A DNA stretch of 64,000 nucleotides from Phoronis australis (taxonomy: Eukaryota > Animalia > Phoronida): NCBI GenBank assembly GCA_002633005.1, contig NMRA01000408.1:310001-374000 (forward strand). Direction: 5' to 3'. The notes under the pieces are model-generated. The model was not told where the DNA came from. It did not search any database and worked only from the letters and a program-made list of their open reading frames with translations. Position numbers and translations under genes: made by a program. Of this stretch, positions 1-13,503 are shown piece after piece; within the stretch, counting starts at the first letter, position 1, and every line of letters starts with the position of its first letter.

Positions 1-1011
1 TCATACGCTCATTAATGGCTAACAAAAGGCTCAAAGCTAGAAGAGTTCACATGTGAATTTGTACGCATTCATAACCCAGTCTGTTTATAGGGTGATCCAT
101 CCTAATTCTATAGCACAGAAAACATTAGTAGGAAGAAATAGATCTTATAATTTCAGAACAGCATTTGTGTTAACTTGAAGAATTACTGGTCTAAAAATAA
201 TGGACAAGTACAGGGATTAACTGAAACGGGTTATTTAGCCACATTTTAACCACGTGCACTAAGCTGCAGACTGCGTCAAGCAGAAGACATTAGATCATAT
301 TTTTCTAAGCTTTTCAGTGGGACAAGCACACTGAACTATTCATAAAGCATATACAAGCATGTGTATCCCTAGATGAGGTAAACAGGCTAAATCACTTCAA
401 ATATCTAACATAAAAACATTCAAGTCCAAATTGAACCGTTAACAAATGACCTGTCTACATTTTAAGACTACAGTTGGGGTTCATTGTCTCGAGTATTAAC
501 TTGCAATTTACAAACTGTATCATCCGCAGACAACCTCAACCACACATTATTATTATTATTATTTTACAAAAGAAATCCTTCTATGCAAAGCTATTCCAAG
601 TAAACGTCTCATGCATTGTGCTTTAGCAAGAGTTCTGGTGCATACATAATCATCATTCACAATTGGATTGTGTACATGGTCAATAGATAATTGACTGTTT
701 GGCATTGACAAGACCACTGTAATACCTGGAATATCTCCAAATTTAAACATTAAAATCTATTATGTTAATCTCCAAATTCCAACATCAAAATCTATGCCAA
801 GTTAAACTGAGCATTAGCTTAAAAGTCATCAGGCAAAAAGCTTCGTTTAAAGCAGCATTTTGTTCTCTTTAACTGGATAGAAACAAAAGTTGAATAAGGC
901 CATTACTCATAAAATCAATAATATCGCAATATTCCATACCTTGATAGGATACCAACTGTAAAATTACGCATGCACGTATTGCCCGTGACTTGAGTTGCCA
1001 GCTCATTCGAT

Positions 1012-1213
1012 AATAATTCAAGATCGACAATAATTCAAAATCCACAATAATTCAAGATCGACAATAATTCAAGATTGACAATAATTCAAGATCAACAATA
1101 ATTCAAGATCGACAATAATTCAAAATCCACAATAATTCAAGATCGACAATAATTCAAGATTGACAATAATTCAAGATCAACAATAATTCAAGATCGACAA
1201 TAATTCAAAATCG
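1012..1213. repeat. 17-bp minisatellite (aataattcaagatcgac), about 12 units
   Basis: Directly readable head-to-tail units with no spacers. Confidence 0.95.
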
Positions 1214-2308
1214 GATGAGCATGACTATGTTTTTAAACCCATTTTAGAGCTTCTCGATATGAATTCAACATTGGCAGCTAAACAGTGTTGAGTTCTAAAC
1301 CAAAGACATTTTACTGGATCAAATTTTGTTTTCTATCAACTCAGTAACTTTGCAGTCCTGAAGAACACTGAGAATACAAACATCACAGACTGTTGTGCAC
1401 GATCTGTGATACCACCCCACAATCCGAATTTCTGAATTTCACCATTGAATCAACAGCTGTTGCAAATAGCCACTTCCCGGAATGCTAACAGCACGGGCCA
1501 CCCTCTCTGATCTGATTCTGCGATATTTACCCACAATGCCGCACATCCTTGTGGCACTAACGTCCAATATTAGTACACTACTGCCTTGCCAATAACTATT
1601 TTACATTGAAGTTAATTTACTAAGTTACTACATTTGTCCTTCTGATGAATAATGTTTTAATGGTTAATAGTGAGTAGAGTAGCAATGCTGACTGACGTCA
1701 CAGCAACAGCCATCAAATGTGAGATGAGCCAACTTATCCAAATAAAACATCTATCAGAACTGTAATGAGCATTTGACCATGTGGTATGGAAGGACAGGGC
1801 TGGAAATAGACTTAAGTGGCTAACTGACATAAAGGGTCTGGCTATTTATAGCATACATCAACAGACAGGAGACAGGAGTTTTACTGTGGTTTGTGTACTT
1901 TGTAGAAAGATTTTTCAGTCATCCAGGAACCCCATACCAGCTTCGGTGTGGTTACTTTGAGGGACATTTACGTAAACAGTAGGTGACGCTGTTGCATCGA
2001 AGTAATTGCAAGGCAGTGCTGAAGCATAGCGTGCATATTAAGATTTTTTTAATGTGACAGTTTGGGAACATTTACATGTGCTAATTGACATAAAACTTAT
2101 TTCTAATTCAATTGGTGGTTATTCAAGCAAAATATAAGCAACGACACTGCTCCTTAATTGTTGACAATAACAGTGGCCCCTGGCGATAACTTCGATGGGG
2201 ACGAAGTTGACCGTTCATACTGCACCGCAGAGTCGACACTCCACTATTAAATCCACCTATTTACTGCGAAGTTAACTTCGATCCAGGACCAAAGTTAACA
2301 TTGATGCC

Positions 2309-2781
2309 CAGGCCTTTATCCAGGATTTCGAGAATAGGGTGTCCAAAATGGGGTTCCCAGTATTCCCGGGCGTCCATGATTCCGACGCGTAAACCACCCA
2401 CCCCCAGCAATCCCCCCAAACACACAGATATTTTTACAAAACATGCATAGACCAAGGTTTTTACATCTAAGTTTACAAAACAGCCTTCTGTAGAGAGCAT
2501 TTTTACTAAAAAGTTTTACAATGCCACCAACCAAGTGTGAGTGTAGCAACATTGAATATACTTTGTATATACATTGTATATTTCTTCCTGCTTTAAAAAA
2601 AGTCCCCACTGTGAGCCTTCAGAGGCTTCCTAGTATTCATTACAATGTGTGAGTCCAAACATGAAAGGTTCCTATTGACAGTGGGCGTCCAAATGATACA
2701 TTGGGCATCCTTGCCAGAGCGTCCAGATTAGTGCTAGGACGTGCAAATGGACGCCCAGGACTTACGCTGCATAAAGGCCTG
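2309..2781. mobile_element. hAT-like MITE
   Basis: 15-bp TIR caggcctttatccag / ctgcataaaggcctg (14/15) flanked by 8-bp near-duplication ttgatgcc / ttgatgtc. Confidence 0.75.
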
Positions 2782-3816
2782 TTGATGTCTTGAATGATCT
2801 CAGAATGAAAGGGCCTACAGGCTAAAAATGGTCAATTCAAGGTTGATGAAACGTGAGAAGACTTTAAGAAGGTAAACAATCACCTTAAAAGCATTTGTTT
2901 TGACACAACTGTCTTGATTATAAAATGGACAGGTGACAAATGGTAGGGAAAGGATGTATGTCAACATGAACATTACTCCCAGTTAGAAAATGGACTTGTA
3001 ATTGTTTAACTTCCCATGGTTGAATTGAAATATCCCAGAAGCAATTTGTAAGAGGAAACTGTCAAAGAAGAAGTTCATAGAAATGTTCATTTAACACTCC
3101 TTGCTTAGTCATGCATCCTGAAATACACAAAAGCATAGGTGGGAACAGCCAGAAGAGATCATCTCCAGTGGGTATTAATGTCCATGAACCCCAGTTTAAA
3201 ACAGTTCTGCATGAGCAGGCCTGACCCTCTCAAAGTACATTCATTGACTGAATAAAAATAAACAAATAAACCAAACATGGGGAGTCACAACTGCCACAGA
3301 AGATCAGGTTAAGAAACCAAAAGCGGGAGGGGGGGAAGGGGCATATGCCCGTTGATCAATGATGGGGGCAGCTATGACTGCCACGAGACCTCATAAAAGG
3401 TGCCCAAAGGCTCATAAAGACCTAGCCCGAGTAGACCTCCCTGGAAAGCAAAGTTGCTCCTCTTCTCCTCAACACATCTCCCAAATTCCTTAACGATCCT
3501 AAAAGTGGTTTGGCAGATAGAGAGGACTAGAGGCAAAATGTATAGATTCATTATCGATGCGGCCAGTAGTGGATGCAAAACATCACCAATTCGTAAGGTA
3601 TTGAGAAGGTGTCACCGTCATCTCAACAGAAATATATTTGACAAATTTTTAATAAAAATGCTGAAACTGGCACTAAGGAGGCACGGCAGCAGTTGGATCA
3701 GTCTTTAAGTCACTGTTATCTCCCTTGTAACAAATAGACTCTATTCATGCTAAGATGTCTCCCGCTTGAAAACGAGGCTGCGTGATCAACAGCTGATCGA
3801 GGACAAGACAACATGA

Positions 3817-3966
3817 ATGGGGCTGAACTGCTGTGTCCCAAATTGCATGAACGATTCACGCTATGACTCGGGAAAACAATTGTCATTTCACTGTTTTCCT
3901 GCAGATGAAAACGTCAGGAATCAATGGGTAGTGAAAATTCGCCGTGATATCGGCCCCCACATTCAG
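3817..3966 (+). pseudogene. Orphan THAP-domain first exon (transposon-derived)
   Basis: MGLNCCVPNCMNDSRYDSGKQLSFHCFPADENVRNQWVVKIRRDIGPHIQ followed by a gttggt donor; CxxxxC...FP...W...IRR is the N-terminal half of THAP; no continuation exon recognised. Confidence 0.7.
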
Positions 3967-5785
3967 GTTGGTTAGGAGTTTAGGAGATACAGAAACAGTC
4001 AGACTGGACACCCTGTATATGTGGGGTGCATAGAAATTAGAAAAGGCATGAAAAGTCAAATACATTTTATGGCGATGTTGGTGCCTAAAGCTGCTTAGAA
4101 TTAGTGACAATTCAAAATCGCGTGCAACGGACTTCATTTACATTTACAAGTGTCCTAAAACTGCCAGTTTATGCAACATCTGGCGACTCTTAATTGTCAA
4201 GATCTCGAAAAACTTCAAAAAGATGGGGTGCTTTTACAGAAAACTGTGAAGGATTACTGACAGGGGTCTTGGGAACAATGATTTGTCAACTGAACCAACA
4301 AAATATCAAATAATGAAAGTGCTGGGAGGAGCAACACTTGGCGAAATTGACTGAAAAGAATATTGAACAATGGAGATGATGACAATGATGATGATAATAA
4401 TGATGGTGGCATTGATGAACATGATGATAACAATCATATGACGAATGAAGATGTCCGAAATGAGTAAGAAATATAGTCTTGTTCAATAGAAGGTGAAACA
4501 ACAAAAGTGCAGGGACAATCAGTCAACACATCGCCATCAGAAAATCCCGAATAATTCGAAAAAGAGACGTCATAGCGAAAAATGAAAAACATCGTATGAA
4601 AGCCCATTCAAAACTCTATCTAACACAGTAGATTCACAAAATTTCCGAAAAATTTCAAATTTTGCATTTTTTAAATTGAAAGTTAAATAACTAAAAATGG
4701 TAAGCCTGAGAAAGAAAGAGTATACCTTAAAGAATCCACATGCAGAAATTAACATCATTTGCTCTTCCTGTTCAAAATAAAACTCCAGCACGATTGAAAA
4801 GATTTGCCATTTTAAAAACAACTTTCGGTTAAGCAGCACTATATATAATATGTGGGTGCATAAAACAGTTCCACCTGCTTGCCTTCGCAAGGGCTCGACA
4901 GACCTCTGAGGGCTACAACTGAAAAGTTTTCAAGACATATGCACCACGGTGTAACATATGCCGAAGATATCAGGAGTTGGGTAATCCCAAAAACGTTCTA
5001 GAAGTTCTTTCGGTAATCAATACGCATGCAGCATTGCCAATAACTTCACTGAAGAACACATTCTGTGCACATTATGCCTTTTTTCACCTACCATTAACAT
5101 CAAATCGGCGTTTTTACCCATTGCAAATGACAGAGACGCAGGTTGCAGTGACCAACACTTAGCCCATAAGTGACAAATTAATATAGCTAAAACTTCCTGG
5201 TACTCAGCTATTCAAAGGCGTTTGTGTTCAGCACAACTACGCTTACAAAACAAAATAAAAAGAGGGGATACACAAAAGCCATTTTGAAAAGACAACTTCT
5301 TTACCAAATGGCTAAAAATAGTCCCATCTAAACAAAAAAAAAACTAAACAAAATAACTATCTGTAAGCCTATAGAAGTCAAGCTTGGCGACCTTTGGTCT
5401 ATGACCTTTGGTCTATGACCTTTGGTCTAAGACGGAAGCTGTAAGTAAGAATGCCGAAAGAGAGCACAATTTACAAAAGATATCCTCACAGGCTTTCAAA
5501 TATTTTGGCATAAGATTTCACAAAGCTTTGTATGTGTAGTTCTAGCTTATTTACGACAATTTACTTCCCTCGCACAGGAAATGTCCTTGCTGATACAATT
5601 GTTCTGATATGCTAAGAACTTAAGGTCCACTGAAGCACAAACTTTATAAATCTGACAATTGAAATAAAACTGCCATAAAAAGCAAGCCAGTTTCAGTGTC
5701 ATCAGTCACTACAAACAATCCTGCCAAAAATATCAAGTTACCTCAACAGCAAGCCAAGGAGTTCACAGAGAGTCCAGATTGTCCA

Positions 5786-5947
5786 ATTGACCTATCGCCA
5801 GGATTTTGAGCGACGGCTTAACTGACCAATCACAATACAGCATTCTTGACACATCTTCGTTTACAAGTCGCCATTTTACCCGACAAACAACACGTTGCCG
5901 GGTAAAACTTATTGTTTCTTTGTCGACATTTCGCAAGGGGGCGGAGT
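5786..5947. mobile_element. Dispersed repeat, partial inverted copy of the MITE at 54817-54981
   Basis: Reverse complement aligns by eye with 54830-54981 (attgacctatcgccaggattttgag...cttgacaca...gccattttac...ggggcggag). Confidence 0.7.
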
Positions 5948-7993
5948 GGTATGCAACTACCGTAATATGGTACTTGAAATTTTCTGTTCCTGAATGGGGT
6001 TCAGACAGCATTCAACAGTAAATTACAACCTTGCGTTGGGTAAACGTGTGAAACAATGTAATTAAGAATTTAGAGACCATCCAACAGTCAGCAAATTTCT
6101 CATATAGAGTCACTTTAATAAGACCTTCTAATACAAGTATTGGAACAACTTACCGCACACTTATGCAACAATACAAAATCATTTCTAATATTCAATGTCG
6201 CTTAACAGTTGAAAGAAAGTGATACAAAAGTGTAAACAGTTATCGATATTCTTCAATAAGAACTTTTGCATAAAAATATTTTCCAAGAACAGCAACTGTT
6301 TAACAGAATTATATACAGTTGATCTATGTAATCACTGCCACCGACAATTACAAGAAGTTTGCAATGAAAAAATAGACTAAACGCCACTTCATACCATCAC
6401 AATTCTTGCACCAGACGAGTGTCCACGTAAACTGCGAAGTTCCGCACCGAGTTGAACCTTTCAGACAGACTTCGGCAGCAAATACTGAAGTTATCACAGT
6501 TTGATGTGTTAGCCATCACAGTTATCGCGAGATACCGATCCAGAAACGATATGCAGGCGTATTTTTTTTAAAATCTTATATATGGTGGGATAAGAAATGT
6601 CAAAATAAAGCGCTTATAGTCGTAGAATGGTGAACATTTAAAAAACAGAAAAAAAAATACCACAAGAAGTGCCAGTAGTGACAACAACACATGCCCGTAT
6701 CTATGACAACACCTAAGTTAAGCGATTACAGCAACGATCTGGTGTTAAATACAAAGGTCTATTTATTGCTAAGTTACAATGTTAACTTCCATCCAAGATC
6801 GAAGTTAACCATTCATACCAACCAACAAACCTTAAAATATTGATGCGTCAAAAGTGGTATAAAATGCTTTTAAGAGTCCAATTTATAACATGTTACTGTG
6901 AAAACAATTTACTCCACCTGTGGCTAATGTCGTATCATTGTTGGTCACAGGGGTAGCAAGGAATGTAATCACATGAACAACAATAGAACCATGTTTTTTC
7001 CGTCAAGTTTGTCAAATTTTTGGATTCCGATATAACCCTCACATGCACAAGAAATCACCAGAAATCCCAATCGCTACAGAGAGTATTTGTTAGTGTCACT
7101 CCCTACTGGAGACAAGCAAAAAATATCTCATTCTTCCCTTAGTTAAAAGTGGTTTTACACCAGGGCTTTTCAATGACAACAAGCTGGCAATACTAAGCAC
7201 CAAATCTAATAATTGTCTGTTTATATGAATTTATATTGTTGAGAAATACCTTGTGCCTTCATTCTCCATCTGTTTTCCATAACACAATTGCCATTTTCCA
7301 GGAATTATTTTACTCATGAAAGTGATAAGAAATTTTACAAATTAATACCAGTTTCTAAACATAAGCTTAACTGAATGCATGAGCTTACAGCATGACTCAC
7401 AATATGCAGGTTTTTCATTTAATTTATGACAATTTCCCCAAGAGTTTTCCATTAGTTTTTTACCCTTTTCACTTTTCATGATTCATTAGTCCATGTCACG
7501 CTTGCATGTCTCAGTAGGATTTTTTAAAAACTGGAAGACAAAAAATACCGGACCGTCGCGTCAGTTTTCAGAACGAACTACGGTAAGCATTTTCGGCCTC
7601 CTATGCGCGGGCATCCTTTTAGTGTCTTTCATATCTTTCGTCAAATTTCTCAAAAGAAATGACCAGAAATGTTCACTTTTTAATTGACATATTAAAATAA
7701 TCATTTAATAGTCATAAAGAAGTGATGAACACGACTAGCTGGTAAGATAGTCAGGGAGTAATATGGGGGGAGGGGGTGAGGGCCACTGAGAGTTGGTACA
7801 CCAGACTACTACTTGGTACATGTTCAGCTCACTACCTATAACATGTTGTGTATACAAAAAAAATTCAATGGGACTGACCTTGCGCACTAAAACCACAAAC
7901 TTGTAATTCGAATTATTAATCTAGGTGTGAACAGTAGCAATTAAACAGGATACCTGTCCACAATCCGTCTCAAAAAAGAATTTACTGTACTTT

Positions 7994-8437
7994 TACCAGG
8001 GTTTTCTGTAAATAAGCCCACCCGATCAAATGCCCATGGGCGTTTATTTGGAAAATTATGCCAAATACACGCCCATGGGTGTTTATTAGGTATTACAACT
8101 TGTGGTGTCAAGTGTCCAGACAGTGGGACGTTTATATGGAAATTTTCCTCTTAAAATCCCACTTAGCGTAAACTTTTTTCACAAATTCAGTTTTGTGGAG
8201 CATTTATCATTTATAAAAACGTACAAGGCGTTGGCGAACTATGAATTTATTACCAAAAAATTTAAAAACGCAGTTTCAAGTAAAAAAGTGTCAAGCCAAT
8301 CAAAACCATGGCTTTCCGTTTACACGCCCCCTTTTCCGAATAAATGCCCGGGCGTTTATTTGGTGTAGCTAAAACACCTGAAAATTTTGCATTTTCCCAA
8401 TACATGCCCACGGGCTTATCTACGGAAATTACCGGAA
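7994..8437. mobile_element. MITE with taccg...gtagataagccc type termini
   Basis: Imperfect inverted ends and internal gcccatgggcgtttatt subrepeats; related terminus at 56882-56925. Confidence 0.55.
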
Positions 8438-11400
8438 TGAAATTGGTCTCACGTGTAGTCTGCGTATGAAAAGAGTGTCTCATTGCTTAAGACCAGGCTC
8501 TGCCAGTTGACTTGTGACGGTTTGTAATTTATTTGGTCACTTACGGTTTCAGACAATAACGAACTGCTCGAAACTGAAAGGATGATTACTCAACAGATTT
8601 TGACGGTCAGCATAACGTCGACTCATCAAATGGACCTGGCAAATTTTCAGGTCGTTAAGCTAAAACTGAGGTCACCAAACCTTGTTGACAAGAGCCAAAA
8701 ATAAAACAAACAAGATACCCGGAGTAAAAAATTGGCGAACTCAAAATTTTCGCCATCGCACTCAAGACCACCTAGGAGAGTTTTTGTTTGCTTAAACACA
8801 AAGTTTAATCTCTCGTGGCAGAAGAACATCATCAAGCTCTAACAATTAGAGCTGAACGATTCCGACTTTCGTCTGTTTACTTTCTTGAGAGCTTGGCAAC
8901 TTCGAGGAGACCTGGGATTTTTACTAGGCTGACAAACAAAATCTGAGGTCGCACTGTATACAAGCTCGGGCCGTATTCTGAGTTTTCCTGAAGTTAAGAT
9001 TTTCCTTATCTTCGTCTCAATTTCACAATTTTAAGATTTTCCTTAACCTTTTCCTCAACTTCAAGAAAGCTTGACACCTCCCGTAAATATTTAAGAAAAT
9101 TTCGATTCAGTGGCAAAATGGCAGCACACCGATAAAATTCTTGCTTTATTTATTTCTTTACAAAATAAGTAGCCTTTGGATCAACAGGCATCAAAAAAAA
9201 TTGTATGTGTTACTTAGAAATTAGACATATACCTCAACAGGTAGGTTGGAGTGATTTGTAAGTGAAAAATCCATGAAAATGTTTGACGTGGCTAAAATGG
9301 CCACCCATATTATCTTTGTGTGCAAACCAACTGAACAGACCGCTAGTTAAAAGCAATGTCGTCGTCAACACTATTTCATTTACATTGTTAAATTTTCAAT
9401 TTTTAAAGCACTTATTCACCATACATTTCATCTAATTTTAGGTGGAGTTGCATGCCATGTTGAAAACAGCCGCTGTCAACATAACATAAAAGCTTACCGT
9501 AACTTCAAAAGAATGCTGACCCATATATTTAATTCTACGGATGATGATCGGATGAAACGATCATCGTTATACGACAAAATGAGCACAGTGAATAAATCCT
9601 GAAAGTTGGTGAAACCAGCCAAAGATATCACCTCATGTATTCTTGTCAGATAAAGTTGCGACATTTCGGTCTGAAATCACCTGCGCTTTTACATGAAGTG
9701 CACGCCTGAGTAACAAAACAAAGTACATTTCTACGCTATTTTAAAACTGAAGCGTGGACGTGGCCTAACTATAAAATTCCACTTGGCTAGATTATATTTC
9801 TTTTGATGAATTCAAAATTTTAATTTAGTTCCGTTAAAAATCATTAAATAACAAGAGGCCAGATTATTGAGGGAACTACAGATCATTCTCCACTATTTAA
9901 TAAGAGTGCAATACAAAAAGGTGCTTCTGGATGACAAAAATTGTTCAAAACACTCTTGTTTTAGTCAAACTCAATGTAACTATCACTACAGCCATTTTTT
10001 GATTTTATGAGTTGCAATTTCTTGCACTGTCTGTGTCCTGAATCACATTTTTGCTAGAATTTGCTGTCCTCGGACAACGTGAAGTCTTTACATTTTGTGC
10101 ATTTTGTTGTTCCACGTGTTACCAAATTGATAATGTAAAATACTTTGTACATGTCTAATTTGAAGTCTAAGCAATACCAATTAAAAATATCCAACCTCAA
10201 AATCAGTCATAGACATTATGGTGGCATTAGGCTCATCATAGGACACACATTGCAGCCTTTAAATAATACTATTTTGTATTGTTAAAACATCACATATTCA
10301 CGAAAAATATTGTTTATTTAGCACATGTTATCATAGAAATTGTAGTATCTGTGACGTATGCGAAATTCATTTACTTAAATATTTGTTTTCATTGATACGC
10401 TATAACAGGGACTGGGGAGTCTGGTAACGGAAGTGCGCAGAATACACTGAAACAATTTGTGTTTTATTTTTGCAGGACTCAATCGACATAAATAGGTTGC
10501 ATCACATATATGCTACGGTTTTAGCTAATTATGTCGTACAGTGGGGAAAACGTCGTATTCTACTTATTTAGGTGCATTTATGATACTTATATAGACATAC
10601 ATTGTCTGTTTGATAGTGAAACTGATTGTGGTTAAAAGCAAAAAAGGGCTACAAAATGCCCCCTACAAAATGTCCCCTACGTTATGTCCCCTCTGTTACA
10701 CCATGTGGATCACCCTTCTGGTTTTACCCCAAAATGAAAATTATGTACTTTTTTACATCAATGTCACATGATATCATAAAATACTTCATCATAAAGTCGT
10801 TTGTTTTTTGTTTTTCTTCAGTAACTTAAATAGAATTCCAAAGTATGTCCCATAGTGCAAAATTTGCATTTATATGGGTCCCCTCGGTTACGCCTCGTAA
10901 AAGGAGCCTGTATCTTTTTTCCAGATCTTTTTGAATTTTTTAAATTTTAACAATATTTAAGTACTTAAGAGAATCCCACAAAACTTCCAAGTTTTTCTAA
11001 GCTTGTTGTCTGATAATTACAAACAAGCCTTTTATTTAAATAACTGCCCCCTTCATTACAAGCAAAATATCGTGGACTCGGCTAAAAAACACTTCTCACC
11101 AGTTTCATAGCAGTAGGCCTAAATGGTCAAAACCAAAAGTTAGTTTCTTTGATCCAATGCTGGTTTACAGCAGCTTAACCATGAAAAGTTGTAGCCTTGA
11201 ACAAAACACATGAGAACAGCTATGTGTCATAATCTCTCGTTCAGCATACCTCAAGATTAAGGACAACTAAGCTCATTTCACACGGGTAAAGGTTAATAAG
11301 TTAGAGACTTGTTTTGCTTGAGTATGATTGCCAGGTACGGCGGGGATCTCCGTCCTTCACTTCTTTCACGTTCCAGTGCCAGTGGTCGCCTTCACCTTCT

Positions 11401-11895
11401 TTAAGCAGGCAAACACCAAACTTGTATCGCAGATATTGGCTGACATCACACCGGAGACAACTGTTATTTAAGATTAACACAATAGCGAATGTACAGAAAA
11501 GATGCATAACCCAAGCACCAAGCGTTGTTACCCGATCCACCTAGTACTAGAGTATAATGAATGAATTCTAAACGAACGGATTTTCCGACTGGATTTCCGT
11601 AACAAATATAACACCAATAGTGGTACTCACTGATGTTTTAATCTCTCTATTCGTAGATATTCGTCTGTGGAATGCTTTGGCAGGTTCTGTCTCCCCATCG
11701 CTGTCAGAAGAATCGTCTTGAACATGTATATCGCTCAAACCTGTGCACACGTCCGTCGCCATTGTTGGATTCTATCTCTATGATTCTCTCCAAGTTGTGA
11801 CCTTCTAACAGAGATCAATGACACGCCCCCTATTGATATGAACACAACACTTCAACAGCTGAGTTGTGTAGATAAGCACTGGCGGGTACCAACTT

Positions 11896-12294
11896 ACTAC
11901 ACGGTCAGCGGACTCATAAACACGGGCACGGACGCATGAACAGGACTCACGGATCTGCAAACACCGTCCACTGACTCACAAACACGGGAACGGACTCACA
12001 AAACACGATCCACGCACCCAAATACACGGAAAAACGGTTTACGGACAAAATGAAGATGTCAGCTGACCCAGGAACTTTGAGCCGATGAGTTCGTGACCTG
12101 AGTTTGGCGGTCTGTTAACCGTGTTTCCTCGTGAATATGAGTCCTTGTCCCGTGTATTTGGGTGCGTGGATCGTGTTTTGTGAGTCCGTTCCCGTGTTTG
12201 CCCGGTGAGTCAGTGGACGGTGTCAAGTTTGCAGGTCCGTGAGTCGTGGGTGGCATGCAGTGCGTCCGTGCCATGAGTCCGTTAACCGTGTAGT
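11896..12294. mobile_element. Foldback / long-TIR element
   Basis: About 135-bp inverted arms (11896-12030 vs 12150-12294), e.g. aaacacgggaacggactcacaaaacacgatccacgcacccaaatacacgg matches the right arm exactly. Confidence 0.8.
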
Positions 12295-13278
12295 TTAAGT
12301 ACCTTGAACTTTAATCGCCAGGCAATGGATGTCATAAAGTGTGATGTGTACAACAAAAATGACACGGAACTTGGAACCAAGTTAAATAGAGGGTGGGGGA
12401 CTTCCACAGAAGAAATGAAAAAGTTAACAACAGGGCAGTCTCTACACTGCAAATTTGTCATTACGACATCTGGCTTACATCTCAGTGTCAACCAATACGG
12501 CGGGGAATCATACGTATCTGCTACGTATTTTTGCCGTTTCTGTAGTGCTACGGCGTAGCACCAAATTAGTACATACTTTCAGTAATTAATACGCAATTCT
12601 GCCAATATTAATAATAAAGTTTTCAAACCTTTTGCTTCATTTTTTACTGGCGATCTCTTTGTTGAAATAATCTCATACCACGAGCCCAGTGCTCGACACT
12701 GAGGACCATATAAGGAGTTACCAATGCCGAGATAGGCCTACTGGTATAACAACACTCCAATTCTTCTAATAGACAAGTATGTACACGCAATGCATTTTGA
12801 CACTTGGCCATATTTTGACTCGTCGTTTTCGTCAGTACGTGCTATGGTTTTTTATAAAAATCAATTTCAGCAAAAAATGATTGACATGTATGTTACAACA
12901 GTCATTTTGTTGCCTACTTCAAGTCATTGTGTGTGAGCACTACACAAACCCAACATTTATGTCACTAACTTGACAGCATTTTTTATTTAATCAAATTAAC
13001 GTATACCCAAAAACTTCAAGAGAAAAATCAGTCGTACTATTTCATCAAGTTAGACAAGAAATGTTGTGGTTACAACTGCAAAAAGAACACCTTCAAATTT
13101 TAGAAATGACGGTAATCATTGCAATGTTAATTTGGTTTTGTTTGAATATAGAAAATATACTGTCTAAAAAGTCATTGACTGCAGTGCCAAAACTAAAAAG
13201 GAGCTGGCAGAGGTCGCCCTCTAATCTAAACACTCTTTCTTTTCCCACCCGTAACAGTGCCGGCTTTTCCGTCCTATC

Positions 13279-13503
13279 CATGCGCACACCCAGCCTAAAA
13301 TATAGGTGGGCTCAAATTTTTCGATATGCGGACCTTTTACTGAAAGAAATCAACGAGGACTAAAAAAAAGGCAGCCACTAATTTCAGGCCCACGAATTGT
13401 GTCTCGTTTACCCGGACTTTTTGTTTCCCTAACTTTTTGCCCAAATTGCCAAATTGGGGGGCTCGTTTGAGCCCCCGAGCCCCTCCCCCCGGGTGCGCCC
13501 ATG
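13279..13503. mobile_element. CATG-terminated MITE, family copy 1
   Basis: Ends catgcgcacaccc / gggtgcgcccatg; flanks ctatc / ttatc. Confidence 0.7.

Noticed and set aside
1012-1213. CRISPR-like array
   Set aside because: Units are contiguous with no unique spacers, there are no cas genes, and the context is eukaryotic.
4370-4467. Asp/Asn-rich coding-like stretch
   Set aside because: Degenerate GAT/AAT repeat with no clear start, acceptor or domain; cannot be assigned.
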